DNA from: Mobula hypostoma
Lineage: Eukaryota
Direction: 5' to 3'
DNA length: 64,000 nucleotides
Assembly: GCF_963921235.1 (NCBI RefSeq)
Contig: NC_086105.1
Span: 50,096,001 to 50,160,000 of the forward strand
Both the position numbers and the translations under genes were made by a program. The notes under the pieces were generated by a model, which worked only from the letters and a program-made list of their open reading frames with translations, was not told the DNA's origin and ran no database searches. Below are positions 23,151-35,459 of the stretch, one piece after another (position 1 is the first letter of the stretch; every line of letters starts with the position of its first letter).

Positions 23151-24384
23151 CATCTTCCACGTTGAAATCGCAGCCTGCTTCGGACCTCACTCAGTTCAAC
23201 CAAAATGGCAGCAAGTCTGAGGAAACAGCACGGGAACTCTCAGGGCAGTGGCTGGGGGAACACTTCTCCAGAAACTGGGGTGAGCCTGCCTGCCGCGAAC
23301 ATTTTTAACCGAGGCGCAGGAAGGAGGAGGATGCCAGCTGGGCCCAGGGATGGTGGTCCAACTACATAGAGAAGGGTCGAGACTGCGAAGCTACTCGGAG
23401 GAAAGCAGAGCCGTGGCTGCTCTTCAGATGCCAGTACTGCCTGCAAACAGCTTCTTATTGAACGACAACTATTTGCTCTTCAGTCCTGTGCTGTTGCCCA
23501 GCAGCAATAATTTTAATTTGTATTTCCATTTGCTCAGCTTTTTAAACCTGCACTACATCTGACCCACATACACAATCTGCCTCAGACCCGGCAGGCCTTT
23601 CAATAGAGCCAACGACGGGACGGCAGTGGAGTGCTCGGAGATTAATTGCAAAGCCTAAATGGCTCCATCATATTGCAGTCTTGTCGAATGTGTTCTTTAT
23701 CTTTGTACCCACACTCAAAGAAATATCCTTCGGGGCTGACACTTATCCATGTTCTAAGCAGCTTTACACGATCGCCAAGAGCTGTGCCCAACTGTTGGCC
23801 ACAGAAGATGACTCAGCACAGGAGGGAAGCTTTGTTTGTTTGTGCTTCCTTTGTATTGTCACTTAAATACCTTCACTTTCTTGTTCACTTCCCCTGAACT
23901 CTTCAGTGTCTGCTCTTCAGATGTCTTTCCCCATTCTTCTTCAGAGTTACACTGGCATTGGTTCCCAGCACACTTGCCGGCAGTGCGTTCCAGATCTTGA
24001 CAATCCATTGCACAGAAGAATTTCTCATCCGTATCATGTGCCTACTGATTCCCTCTTGCCCTTGGAAGACACTTTTCCTTGTTTGTTCTAATATAAACTC
24101 AGACCGCTGTAACACATTTGTCTTTAAAGCTGCCTGCTCCTTTCCCAGTTCTTTCTGAGAGATGGGTTTGTAGTCAAGACTATCCAGTTCTCCTCATTCA
24201 AATGTGTATTTTTCCCCCTAATTAAGTGGATCCGAGCCAGATCCAAATTTGCTGTGATGACAACAGTGGGCACCAAATCAGAAAATGCTCAGGCGGTCTG
24301 TCAGCATCTGTGGTCTGAGAAATAGTTCTTATTCGACATCTTTCCATCAGAGCTGATGAAAGAGATCCATTTGTAATTACGAAG

Positions 24385-25045
24385 GGAACGTGTGAGCAGT
24401 TTTGAGCCCCATATCTAAGAAAGGAAGTGCTGGCATTGCAGAAGGTCCAGTGAATATTCAGGAAAATGATGCCAGGTCCAGTGAATATTCAGGAGAATGA
24501 TGCCAGGTCCAGTGAATATTCAGGAGAATGATGCCAGGTCCAGTGAATATTCAGGAGAATGATGCCAGGTCCAGTGAATATTCAGGAGAATGATGCCAGG
24601 AATACAGGGTTAACATCTGACAAAGAGTGTTTGGTGACTCTGGGCCTAAACTCATTGGAATTTGGAAGGATGAGGGGGAACTCATCAAAACCTATTGAAG
24701 ACTGAAAGGTCTAGACAGAATGGATGTGGAGAGGATGTTTCCTATGATGCGGGAGTCCAGGTCCAAAAGGGCACAGCCTCGGAATAGAATGAAGTTCCTT
24801 TACAGCAGAGATGAGGAGGAATTTCTTTAGCCAGAGGATAGTGAATCTGTGGAATTCACTGCAGCAGATGACTGTGGAGGCCAAATTATTGGGTACATTT
24901 AAAGCGGAGGTTAATAGGATCTTGATTAGTTAGGTCATCAAAGATTACGGGGAGTAGGGAGGAGAATGGCATACAGAGAGAAAATAAATCAGTCACGATC
25001 AAATGGTGGAGCAGATTACCTGAGTCCAACGACCTAATTATGTCT
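24385..25045 (+). mobile_element. CR1 3' fragment containing a minisatellite
   Basis: Collinear with the CR1 3' ends at 10550-11090 and 43350-43900. Confidence 0.75.
24443..24600 (+). repeat. 31-bp tandem repeat, 5 copies
   Basis: Unit AGGTCCAGTGAATATTCAGGAGAATGATGCC starts at 24443, 24474, 24505, 24536 and 24567; one substitution in copy 1. Confidence 0.97.
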
Positions 25046-26219
25046 TATAGAATTCCAGAATCTTGGATCCTGGCGCATGAGAGCAGAGCCATCAAGTAGT
25101 GGGGCAACTTAACTGAAAGTGGTCGGAAACGCAGCACAGAGATCGTGGATTGTGTAAGACTGGAGGACGTGACAAAATTGAAGAGGGCAAAACCACAGAA
25201 GAGTGATAATGCAAGAGAAACAAAATCAGCAATGCACCTCGAGTTAAGGGAGATCAATGAATGCCCTTTAATAAGCAGACTCACGCTGGCAGTGTAGGCC
25301 CATGATTGGCTGGGGCAGCTAACAAAGAGTAAAGGGCTGGAGAAATGAAAGAAAGGCTGTGCGCTACTTCACCAACTTAAACAAGTGAAAATACATGTTG
25401 CTGCAGGGTATGAAGGCCTGCAGTGCGAGTCAAATGAAAAATACCTGAAATAGGCTGTTTGCTTGGCTGAAGCTATCTGACTACCTCCCACTTTCAAGCT
25501 CATCCAACCCTGAAGTCCTTACCCTCCCACTGCAAGTTGAAGTCGACAAGATCTTTCTTTCCACCTGCCAGCCCCACAGATGAATGATTACAGATTGTGA
25601 AAACAGGCAATTTTCCCACAGGAAAGTGCCTAAACAAACTGAAAGCAACATACAATTTTATTTATTGCATCCATGGATTTATTTTTTTTGTCCTTGATTT
25701 GCTCGGAGCAGTGTCCAGAAGATTAATCTTTAACTCTTAGTGCTCCAGGTCAAGCCTGGATGGTTGGCAATCCCGAAGTGAGGCAGATCCCAATCCCAAT
25801 CCACAGGTGTGGTCTGACTGGCACAACTTACAAATGGGAAAGTGACCAAAAGGGATTTAAAGCTTTCTGGTTATGAAAGTGATACGTACGGGGCAAACTG
25901 GGAGAATGGGAACAGGGCAAGACAGCGTCATGCACTGACTGCTGGGTAAATGTGTAGGACTGGAAGCCAGCCAGTCTGAGACACACTGCAAAGCCGGCTA
26001 GCTCATTACACGCTACAAAACCAGGCCATTCCACTTAACGCTGCTCGTGCTCCATGCACTGTCTCCAGCTTGATTTAATCGATTAGTAGGCTTGCTGCAT
26101 ACCACCCTGCCGACTCCATTATTCACCAACAGTCCTAATCTTCTTGCCTCACTTTCCTCCATTCTTCTGATCGATGAAGAAAACTGCCAGTCTGTTTTGA
26201 ATATTCTCGGTGACCAGAC

Positions 26220-26600
26220 TGCCACTGCACTCGATGCAGGATTCCAAACATTGAATTGTAGCTGAAAATTTTCTTCTCATCTGTTTCAAGTGGCAACTCC
26301 TTTTAAGATTGTGATGTTTGGTTCTCAGTATCGCAGCCAGGAGAAATATCATGCCTTCATCCTGCCTGTCAATCTCCACAAGAGCCTTTTAGGTTTCGAC
26401 TCGATCCCCATTCTTCTAAACTCCAGAGAGTACAGACTCAATCTTCTTAAATCCTCCAGACTAGACAAACCCACCAACCCAGAAATCAATTCAGTGAACC
26501 TTTGCTGAACCTGGGCAAGGAGACCAGTCATGTACACGTTATTCCAGATGTGATCTCACTAGGGCCCTGTGTAATAACTGGAGCAAGACTTCTCACATTT
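26220..26600 (-). mobile_element. Degenerate CR1 3' fragment
   Basis: VQQRFTELISG...LYSLEFRRM in ORF 26349-26537. Confidence 0.7.
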
Positions 26601-26861
26601 CCACTTAAATCTCGCAATAAAGTACTTATTCTTTGTGTTTCTGGTCTGACAACCTTTAAATGTATACTACTTTTTAAATCTCATTCTGTTTGTAGTACCC
26701 TGCTCGTACTCTAAACTCTCCGGGTAATTAAACCCCTTGCTGAATTTAAAGGTGACAATTCAATTTTCACTCCTTTGACAGGCTTTGAAGATCCTTCAGG
26801 TAGAAATCACACACCTCGCCTAAGTATTAATGCCCCCCCATCAGATCAGTGTTCCAACAAA

Positions 26862-27527
26862 GTTCAAAGTAAGTTTATTAACAAAGTACATATATGTCAC
26901 CATATACTACCCTGAGATTCATTTTCTTGCAGGCATTCACAGTAAACGGAAGGAGGAACAACAGTCAATGAAAAGCCACACAGAAGATGGACAAACAACC
27001 AATGCATAGAAGGCAACAAACTGTGCAAAAACAAAAACATAATAATAATAATAATAATAAGTAATAAATATTAAGAACATGAGAAGAAGAGTCCTTGAAA
27101 GTGAATCCACAGGTTGTGTGAACAGGTCAGTGTTGGGGGTGAGTGAAGTTATCCCCTCTGGTTCAAGTGCCTGATGGTTGAGAAATAATAAGTACTCCTG
27201 AAAGTGGTGGTGTGGGTCCTGAGACCTCTGCACCTTCCTTCTGATGGCAGTAGCAAGGAGGGAGCATGGTCTGGTTGGTAGGGGGTCCATGATGATGGAT
27301 GGTGCTTTCCTGCAACAGCACTCCATGTAGATGTGCTCAGTGGTGGGGTGGGCTCCACTTGTGGTGGACTGAGATATATCCACTACTTTTTGCAGGCTTT
27401 TCTGTTCAAGGGCATTGGTGTTCCTATACCAGAATGTGATGCAACCTGTCTCCACCACACATCCATAGAAGTTTGTCAGCATTTTAGATGACATGCCCAA
27501 TCTTCGCAAACTTCTAAGAAAGAACAC
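26862..27527 (-). mobile_element. LINE 3' end, Rex-Babar/L2 group (DUF1891-like)
   Basis: FFLRSLRRLGMSSKMLTNFYGCVVE...CITFWY motif; TTTGAACTTTG tail. Confidence 0.8.
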
Positions 27528-27609
27528 CGTTTACTCTAGGTGTTCACGTGAGTAAGGGATTTTATTGCACCCTGATATATATGACGATATACTAATCTAA
27601 ACTTTAGCA

Positions 27610-28280
27610 CAGGAGATTCTGCACATGCTGGAAATCCAGAGCAACAGACACAAAATTCTGGAGGAGATCAGCACGTCAGGCCGCATTTATGAGAGGAATA
27701 AACAAATGAAGTTTTGGACCAAGATCCTTCATCGGGACTGGAAAGGAAGGGGGAAGAAGCCAGAACAAGAACGTGGAGGGAGGGGAATGAGTACAAGCAG
27801 GTGATAGCTGAGGTCAGATGAGGGAGAAGCTGGGTGGGTAGGGTGGAGGGGGGAGATGGAGTGAAAAGCTAGGAGGTGATAGGTGGAAAAGGTAAAGGGT
27901 TAAAGGAGGAGGAATCTGATAGGAGAGGACAGTGGATCATGGGAGTAGGGGAATGAAGAGGAGCACCAGGAGGTGATGGCCAGGTGAGTAGAAGGGAAGG
28001 AGTAAGAGGGGAAATGAAAAAGAGAGGAGGGGGTGAAATTACCAGAAGTTAGAGAGGTCAATGTTCATTCCATCAGGTTGGAGGCTACCCAGACGGAATG
28101 AGGTGTTACTCCTCCAACCCGAGTGTGGTCTCATCGTGCAGTAGAGGCAGTCACGGACAGACATGTCAAAATGGGAATAGGAAGTGGAACTAAAATGGGT
28201 GGCCACCAGGAAATCCCCCCATTTGTGGCAGATGGAATGAAGGTGTTTGATAAAATGCTCCCCCAATCTACGTTGGATCT
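27610..28280 (-). mobile_element. Penelope-like element 3' end (GIY-YIG C-terminus, purine/pyrimidine-biased UTR, degenerate hammerhead)
   Basis: RRLGEHF...VATHF...RLGSLQPDGMNID in ORF 28039-28287; hammerhead remnant near 27706-27739. Confidence 0.85.
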
Positions 28281-28740
28281 TGCACATATTGGCTTTTATT
28301 TCTCTTATGGCCAGGACGCTCTTGCTTAAATGGAAAGATGCGACCCCTCCTATTCACGCCCAATGGTTATGTGATGTGATGTCATGGTTAAATTTAGAGA
28401 AGATTCAATGCTCAATCTCTGAATCTAGTCAAAACTTTCAAACACTGTGGGGACCTTTTCTGAATTATTTTCAAAACCTTTGATTTGTTGTTAAAGCACA
28501 GATAATGACTAATAATTTTTTCTCCCTTTTTTTCTTTACTAATCAGCTTCGGTCTTGGTAGTGGGTTAGATTTTTTTTATATAATAAAATTACTATAGTT
28601 CAATGTTACGAATTACTTAATCTGTATGAATATAGGGTAAGGAGTCTTTATATGCGATTTAGTATAATGTATTGATACATTTTTTTCCCAGTACTCTGTA
28701 TTCTTATATGTAAATTAATAAAAATATTGGAAAAGAAAAC
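28281..28740 (+). mobile_element. L1-type LINE 3' end
   Basis: ILAFISLMAR-LLLKWK...PP..AQWL...LEKI...F...WGPFL resembles the C-terminus of fish-type L1 ORF2; AT-rich UTR with AATAAA and A-rich tail. Confidence 0.7.
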
Positions 28741-30039
28741 AGACTTCTGCAGCAGAAGGGCCTGCTGATCGTCAGCTGTTACAAGAAACAACTCATTCCT
28801 CTGCTCCTCAAAATAAAGTGGATGCCTATTCACAGGATTGGCGTACACGGAACATTCAGATGCACAGACGTACTCTACCCTTCAAAACTATCACGCCCAC
28901 CTTCCTTTTCTTCCCTTTTGGAAGGAAACAAGGTACATTGTACCCTCCGTTACTGCTCTCCGAAAGTTGGTATCCAATCTGCGCCTACCGACTACCCAAG
29001 GTCAAATGGGAACATGAAATCCTTCTTTGTTTCAGCTGAAGTCTACACACATGCAATGCCAGCAGGTTCCGCTTTCATGGTTCACAGCCCCCCGCCACCG
29101 CCCCCAAACTCATGGAAGGTGGGCAGCTCCAGCAAGATTGCTATTTTCTGCCCATCCGTATGGAGCCTGGAAGTGTTTAGTCGAAATGCTGTCATCAGTT
29201 TGGTTGAAGGTGCCCCACAATGTCTCAGGATGTTGATCTGTCTGTTCTATGTAAAAAAATAGCAACTCGCTGCTGGGATACAATGCTCCTCAACAAAGAG
29301 GCTCCTTCAAATTAAATTACTCTAAATTACTGAATAAAACAGTCTCCCAGGCTTAAACAAGTTACTGCAGTGTAACTAAGGAACCAAGGTTCCAGTCAGG
29401 ACCAGCTGACACTGACAGTAAATTGACTGCACAGAGCATCACAGCCTCCCAGTCCCGGCAACCGCCAACACAGTCCGAGGTCAGCAACGGTCACGGCAGC
29501 ATCATAATTAGCAGCAAATTACTACAACAGCAACTCGCAGGAGATGCAGCACCTGGCAAATCCACCCTGTCAGCCTATCAAATGCTCATATCTACGGGCT
29601 GTGCACAAGTTGGGTGCTTGTAGCTGTAGAGTACCCGCGTATAAGTGTAACTTCTTTCTTTCATATAACTTGGCGACACATGAACAACTAAAGGTAAATA
29701 AACTGACCATGCGCATCATCCATCCCGAGGACTGAGAACCCAGACTGTGACCAGGGCTAGGGCAATTCTGACGGTTGCAATTACTTGCAGTATTTCCCAT
29801 CTATTGTTAGATTGGTATCTCTAATACATAAAGTCTGCTCCAGCTGATGCACTGAGGCAACAGCCAGGAAGACAACTCTAACCAATAATATTATCAGTAC
29901 TGCTGCCGAGTATCCCCCTCCCGCAAGGCACTTCTGGTGCTCATTTCCTTCATAATTTGCCAAACCTCCAAACCACACAGATACCAGCACTTCATACATC
30001 TGCACTCTGCAGTGACCTTCCCAAACTCTTTCCACCATG

Positions 30040-31236
30040 GGACAACTCTTAAAGAACAAGAACTAGTCGAGAATATAGCAGGCATCCCCTTCTTTTATTT
30101 GAGACACTATGCCGCTTAATTTGGACAGAAGGCTGTTACAGAACAGTTTCTAACTAGCATCAGTCAAGTGCAATTGTGCGGCCATTCGAAATTATCCCAC
30201 ACTTAGGCAAACAGTTTTTAAATACTGTCAGTTGCGTGTGTTTGTGTTCAAAAAGCCATGATTTATGACACTAACATTTGGCAAGAAATAAGCAGCAAGA
30301 CAATTCAGAACTGTTTTATTCATTGCGGTTTCAAGCATTCAGGCTTGGAGATGCCAGAAACAGCCGGGAGTGAAAATAAAACAAGTTCCCTACTTCAACA
30401 AATTAGGAACTACGAATTTGAAAGAACCAACAATCATCTTGAAGGTTACAATGAAAATGAAGATTTGGAAGATGCAATCGTTGAAAGCATTGTACGAAGG
30501 CAATACATTACCTGCACTAGGTGTCTGCACTAAGTTTGCTCATTTACAGTCAAAAGATCTGGCAGCATACACTGGATGAATTCCGAAAAACTATTAGGAA
30601 CTAATACACATTTTTATACGGCTGTCGTAGCTTTTGTAGTATTCTAATTTTTACTGTGTTTCATTTAAATACATAATAGGTTGAGTGAACTCAGCCTTTT
30701 TCCCTTGGAGCGACAGAGGATGAGAGGTGACCTGATAGAGGTGTACAAGATGATGAGAAGCATTGATCGTGTGGATAGTCAGAGGCTTTTTCCCAGGACT
30801 GAAATGGCTAGCACAAGAGGGCAGTTTTAAGGTGCTTGAAAGTAGGTACAGAGGAGATGTCAGGTTTTGTTTTTTTTATAAAAATGCAGAGAGTGGTGAG
30901 TGCGTGGAATGGGCTGCCGGCGACGGTGGTGGAGGCAGATACGATAGGGTCTTTTAAGAGACTCCTGGGTAGGTACATGGAGCTTAGAAAAAGAGGTCTC
31001 TGGGTAACCCTAGGTAATTTCTAAGGCAAGTACATGTTCGGCACAGCATTATGGACCAAAGGAGCTGTATTATGCTGTAGGTTTTCTATGTTTCTATAAC
31101 GCGTTACTCAATTGAACAGCAGTTTGATTTTTTTTTTAAACCTTTTTAACTATTTCTATGAAACTTTGACAAATTGGGTCAGCAGCTTAATTGGGCCAAA
31201 ATGGTCCTGATGCGTCCAATTAAACAGAATCCACAG
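30040..31236 (+). mobile_element. Tigger/pogo-like non-autonomous DNA element, interrupted by a CR1 end
   Basis: WQEISSKTIQNCFIHCGF resembles Tigger transposase C-terminal motif; right end ...AATTAAACAGAATCCACAG followed by TA; left TIR not found. Confidence 0.6.
30677..31097 (+). mobile_element. CR1 3' end nested in the Tigger-like element
   Basis: Closely similar to 44717-45146; (TTTCTATG)n tail. Confidence 0.85.
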
Positions 31237-32569
31237 TATATCAATAAACTTCATTCAAAATAAAAGACATTCTGAAGAATAAACAAATCTCTTTGATTCA
31301 TAAATTCATAGTCAATGTATAACGGTGCTCTATTACATTTCATAAAACCAACAGAATGGTTGCCACTCATGTGCCCCCCCCCCCCGTGGTAACATTACAG
31401 CAATAATTGAGGGGCTTTCTCGCACGACCCGGCCCCTTCCTGTCCAATAGTGGAAGCAGCCCCATACTGTGATCCTCCCCCACCGGCCCTTGAAGTAGCC
31501 GCACCAAGTTTCAGTGCACTGCTCAGCACATATTCCTGCGGCCTTTAACGTGCCAAACGCAGCATGCCCCGAAAGGTTTCCCCTCACTCAGGCACAATAA
31601 CTGCAATTTAGCATTTCTATCCCGCAACTATCTTTCCCTTCACACCTTGTCTTGTGTCGCTTTTAATTAGCATTCCATCTACAGCCCTCCATGGAAGGTC
31701 CCTTACTGCCAGTGGAAATGGCAATGAACAGGAAATTAACAGGATTCAACAAACCAGATGCAAAGAGCAACAAACAGCAATGAGCAAACAGAGTCTCGCC
31801 AGAAGGGGCAGCTGAAATGAGCTGAAATTTCTTCACTCTAAGGGAGGCAATTTTTTGGCATTCCCTGCTCTGGAAGGCTGCGGAGGATCAGTCAATAAGT
31901 TATCTCAGAAATTAGATCAATAGCTACAAACATACAGCAGGAAGAAGAAATTGAGAATATTAGCCATGACTGACGACAGAGAAAAATCCAGGAGTATCTA
32001 GGCCTATACTTGTCCGTATTCCTCATTTAATTATCTTCTCAGATCTTGAGCCAGGTTTAGCTCGGACATTAGTACTGTCAGTCCCAAGTCTGAAGGTTGT
32101 TGGTCCTGGTATGTGCCCAAGATTTGACAACATGACCAAAGCAATTATTATGCAAAAACCGTGGTATAATTCTCTTTCAGATGAATCATTAAAACCCTGG
32201 GGTGGAAATAAAGGTTCCCACTGCAAGTATGAAAGATCTCAGGTCAAGGTATACACCGAAGAACATTCATTAGTCACTTTGCTTGTTGCTACATTCAGTA
32301 AAGCCAAGCTGTGCATAAATTGCCTGCTACAATGCAAGAGTGACCACACGTTCAAAGCAATTCAATGGCTGATTAGAAATTACCAACCTTTTCACTTATA
32401 ACAATCGTTAAATAAACACTGGTCATTTCTTTCATTTCCACAGGCAGAGAACACATCAATTATAACTAAGGATCTATGGGTGTGCTAATATTTACAGAGG
32501 GGTCTGCAAACGTAATATATTGACAGAGAAGCCTTGAAGGCTTTTCTAACCTGTGAATGGGGACACGCG

Positions 32570-33100
32570 CCTTAGGTCCCACAGCACCTGGTTCCGGAAC
32601 AGTTATTGCCCTACAACCATCAAGCTCCTAAACTGGCATGGATAGCTTCACTCACCACAACTCCAAACTGATTCTACAACCTACAGACTCACTTCAAAGA
32701 CTTAACAAGACATGCTCTCAGTATTTTTTAATTGCATAATTTGTCTTTTGCACATTAGTTGTCTGCCAGTCTTTCTGGATGGTTTTTGGTAAAATTCCTT
32801 TTTTGTAAAAAAAAAGAACCTCAAAGCTGTATATGGTAATATACTTTGATAACAAAATTTAGTCTGACTTTGACCCCTCAGAGAACAGCTTGGAAAACCA
32901 ACCAGCAAAATATCTTGATGGCTGTGACTGATTCTGATTATTGCTGGCTGAGATTAACCCATTTACTGATCGGTTAAAAGGTTTTTTTTTATTCTCTGTC
33001 AACTTGAACATTGATTCAATTGTATTTCTTAGTTGACTGTGAATGCCAGCTAGAAAATTAACTTCAGGGCTGTATGTGGTGAATTTACTTTGAACTTTGA
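32570..33100 (+). mobile_element. Rex/L2-group LINE 3' UTR fragments
   Basis: GGTTCCGGAACAGTTATTGCCC start; tails TTTGATAACAAAA and TTTGAACTTTGAA. Confidence 0.55.
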
Positions 33101-33519
33101 AACAACCCAAAGTTATTCCAAGAACGACTAGGCACACTCAGGTCACACTCTGCATCTTAGCAATATGTCCCCTTTTTACAACAAGGACAGCCCTTTGGAA
33201 AAGAGAGGAGAAGTAATTTCTTTAGCCAGAGGATGGTAGATCTGTGGAATTCATGGTCACAGGCACAGGCAGCTACAGAGGCCAAGTCATTTGGCTTACT
33301 TCAGGCAAAGGTTGATAGCTCCTAGCTTAAAGTGTCAAAGGTCATGGGGAAAAGGCAGGAGAACAGAGTTGAAGGGGAAAATATATCAGCCATGATTGAT
33401 TAACAGAGCAGACTGAATGAGCTGAATGACTAATCCTGTTCTTACGCCTTGTGGTGTTAAACCATAAGTAAATATTTATTAATTCTCCCCAAGTGAGCTT
33501 TTGCAAGTGTAGAAATGCA

Positions 33520-35139
33520 CAGTGGCATGCAAAGGTTTGGGCACCCCGGTCAAAATTTCTGTTACTGTGAATAGTTAAGTGAGTAGAAGATGAACTGATC
33601 TCCAAAAGTCAAAGTTAAAGATGAAGCATTCTTTTCAACATTTTAAGCAAGATTAGTGTATTATCTTTGTTTTGTACAATTTTAGAGTGAAAAAAAGGAA
33701 AGGAGCACCATGCAAAAGTTTTGGCATCCCAAGAGATTTGAGGTCTCAGATAACTTTTACCAAGGTCTCAGACCTTAATTAGATTGTTAGGGCTATGGCT
33801 TGTTCACAGTCATCATTAGGAAAGGCCAGGTGAAGCAAATTTCAAAGCTTTATAAATACCCTGACTCCTCAAACCTTGTCCCAACAATCGGCAACCATGG
33901 GCTCCTCTAAGCAGCTGCCTAGCACTCTGAAAATTAAAATAAATGATGCCCACAAAGAAGGAGAAGGCTATAAGAAGATAGCAAAGCGTTTTCAGGTAGC
34001 TGTTTCCTCAGTTTGTAATGCAATTAAGAAATGGCAGTTAACAGGAACGGTGGAAGTCAAGTTGAGTCTGGAAGACCAAGAAAACTTTCCAAGAGAACTG
34101 TTCATAGGATTGCTAAAAAGGCAAATCAAAACCCCCGTTTCACTGCAAAAGACCTTCAGGAAGATTTAGCAGACTCTGGAGTGGTGGTGCACTGTTCTAC
34201 TGTGCAGTGACACCTGCACAAATATGACCTTCATGGAAGAGTCATCAGAAGAAAACACTTCCTGCATCCTCACCACAAAATTCAGCGTCAGAAGTTTGCA
34301 AAGGAACATCTAAACATGCCTGATGCATTTTGGAAACAAGTCCTGTGGACTGATGAAGTTAAAATAAAACTTTTTGGCCACAATGAGCAAAGGTATGTTT
34401 GGAGAAAAAAAGGATGCAGAATTTCATGAAAAGAACACCTCTCCAACTGTTAAGCACGGGGGTGAATCGATCATGCTTTAGGCTTGTGTTGCAGCCAGTG
34501 GCACGGGGAACATTTCACTAGTAGAGGGAAGAATGAATTCAATTAAATACCAACAAATTCTGGAAGCAAACATCACACCATCAGTAAAAAAGCTGAAGAT
34601 GAAAAGAGGATGGCTTCTACAACAGGATAATGATCCTAAACACACCTCAGAATCCACAATGGACTACCTCAAGAGGCGCAAGCTGAAGGTTTTGCCATGG
34701 CCCTCACAGTCCCCCGACCCAAACATCATTGAAAATCTGTGGATAGACCTCAAAAGAGCAGTGCATGCAAGACGGCCCAAGAATCGCACAGCTCTAGAAG
34801 CCTTTTGCAAGGAAGAATGGGCGAAAATCCTCCAAACAAGAATTGAAAGTCTCTTAGCTGGCTACAAAATGCGTTTACAAGGTGTGACACTTGCCTAAGG
34901 GGGTGTTACTAAGTACTGACCATGCAGGGTGCCCAAACTTTTGCTTCGGGCCCTTTTCCTTTTTTGTTATTTTGAAACTGTAAAAGATGGAAATTAAAAA
35001 AGTAATCTTGCTTAAAATATTAAAGAAATGTGTCATCTTTAACTTTATGCCTTCTGGAAATCAGTTCATCTTTCACTCGCTTAGCTATTCACAGTAACTG
35101 AAATTTTTACCAGGGTGCCCAAACTTTTGCATGCCACTG
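33520..35139 (+). mobile_element. Full-length Tc1 DNA transposon with ~220-bp IR/DR ends
   Basis: CAGTGGCATGCAAAGGTTTGGGCACCC and GGGTGCCCAAACTTTTGCATGCCACTG ends; long imperfect inverted repeats; inner direct repeats near 33710-33730 and 34927-34945; TATAAATA at 33851. Confidence 0.95.
33897..34919 (+). pseudogene. Tc1 DD34E transposase, frameshifted
   Basis: Paired-like N-terminus GYKKIAKRF; WTDE, QQDNDPKH and WPSQSPDPNIIENLW with 34 residues between the second D and E; stops and frameshifts present. Confidence 0.93.
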
Positions 35140-35459
35140 TGTATTACATTGAAGTACAACTGTAACTGGGAATAAAATGGTAAATCCCATTAAAGTACAT
35201 ATGAATCAGAGATGTTAAAGCACTGGAGGTCTTTTGGCCCATCAAGTCCTTACTGGATCTCAACAGCATTATCATAAAGTCTCATTCCTGGTATTTTCTC
35301 CAAAACTCAGCAAATCATTCCCTCTCTCACATCCCCTCTGAAAACTGACTCAGTTTGAGTTCAAAACCCTTTAGGCAGCGATCTCTGGATTTTACAGCAC
35401 TCTGCATCATAAAAAAACAAGATGTTATTCTTTCTCTGTCCCCAGAAACATTGACAACA

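Noticed and set aside
24443-24600. CRISPR-like array of 31-bp repeats
   Set aside because: Units are head-to-tail with no spacers, derive from CR1 sequence, and the DNA is eukaryotic with no cas genes.
28822-29262. 146-aa ORF in unique sequence
   Set aside because: No recognisable motif or splice signals, and opposite to the inferred host strand.
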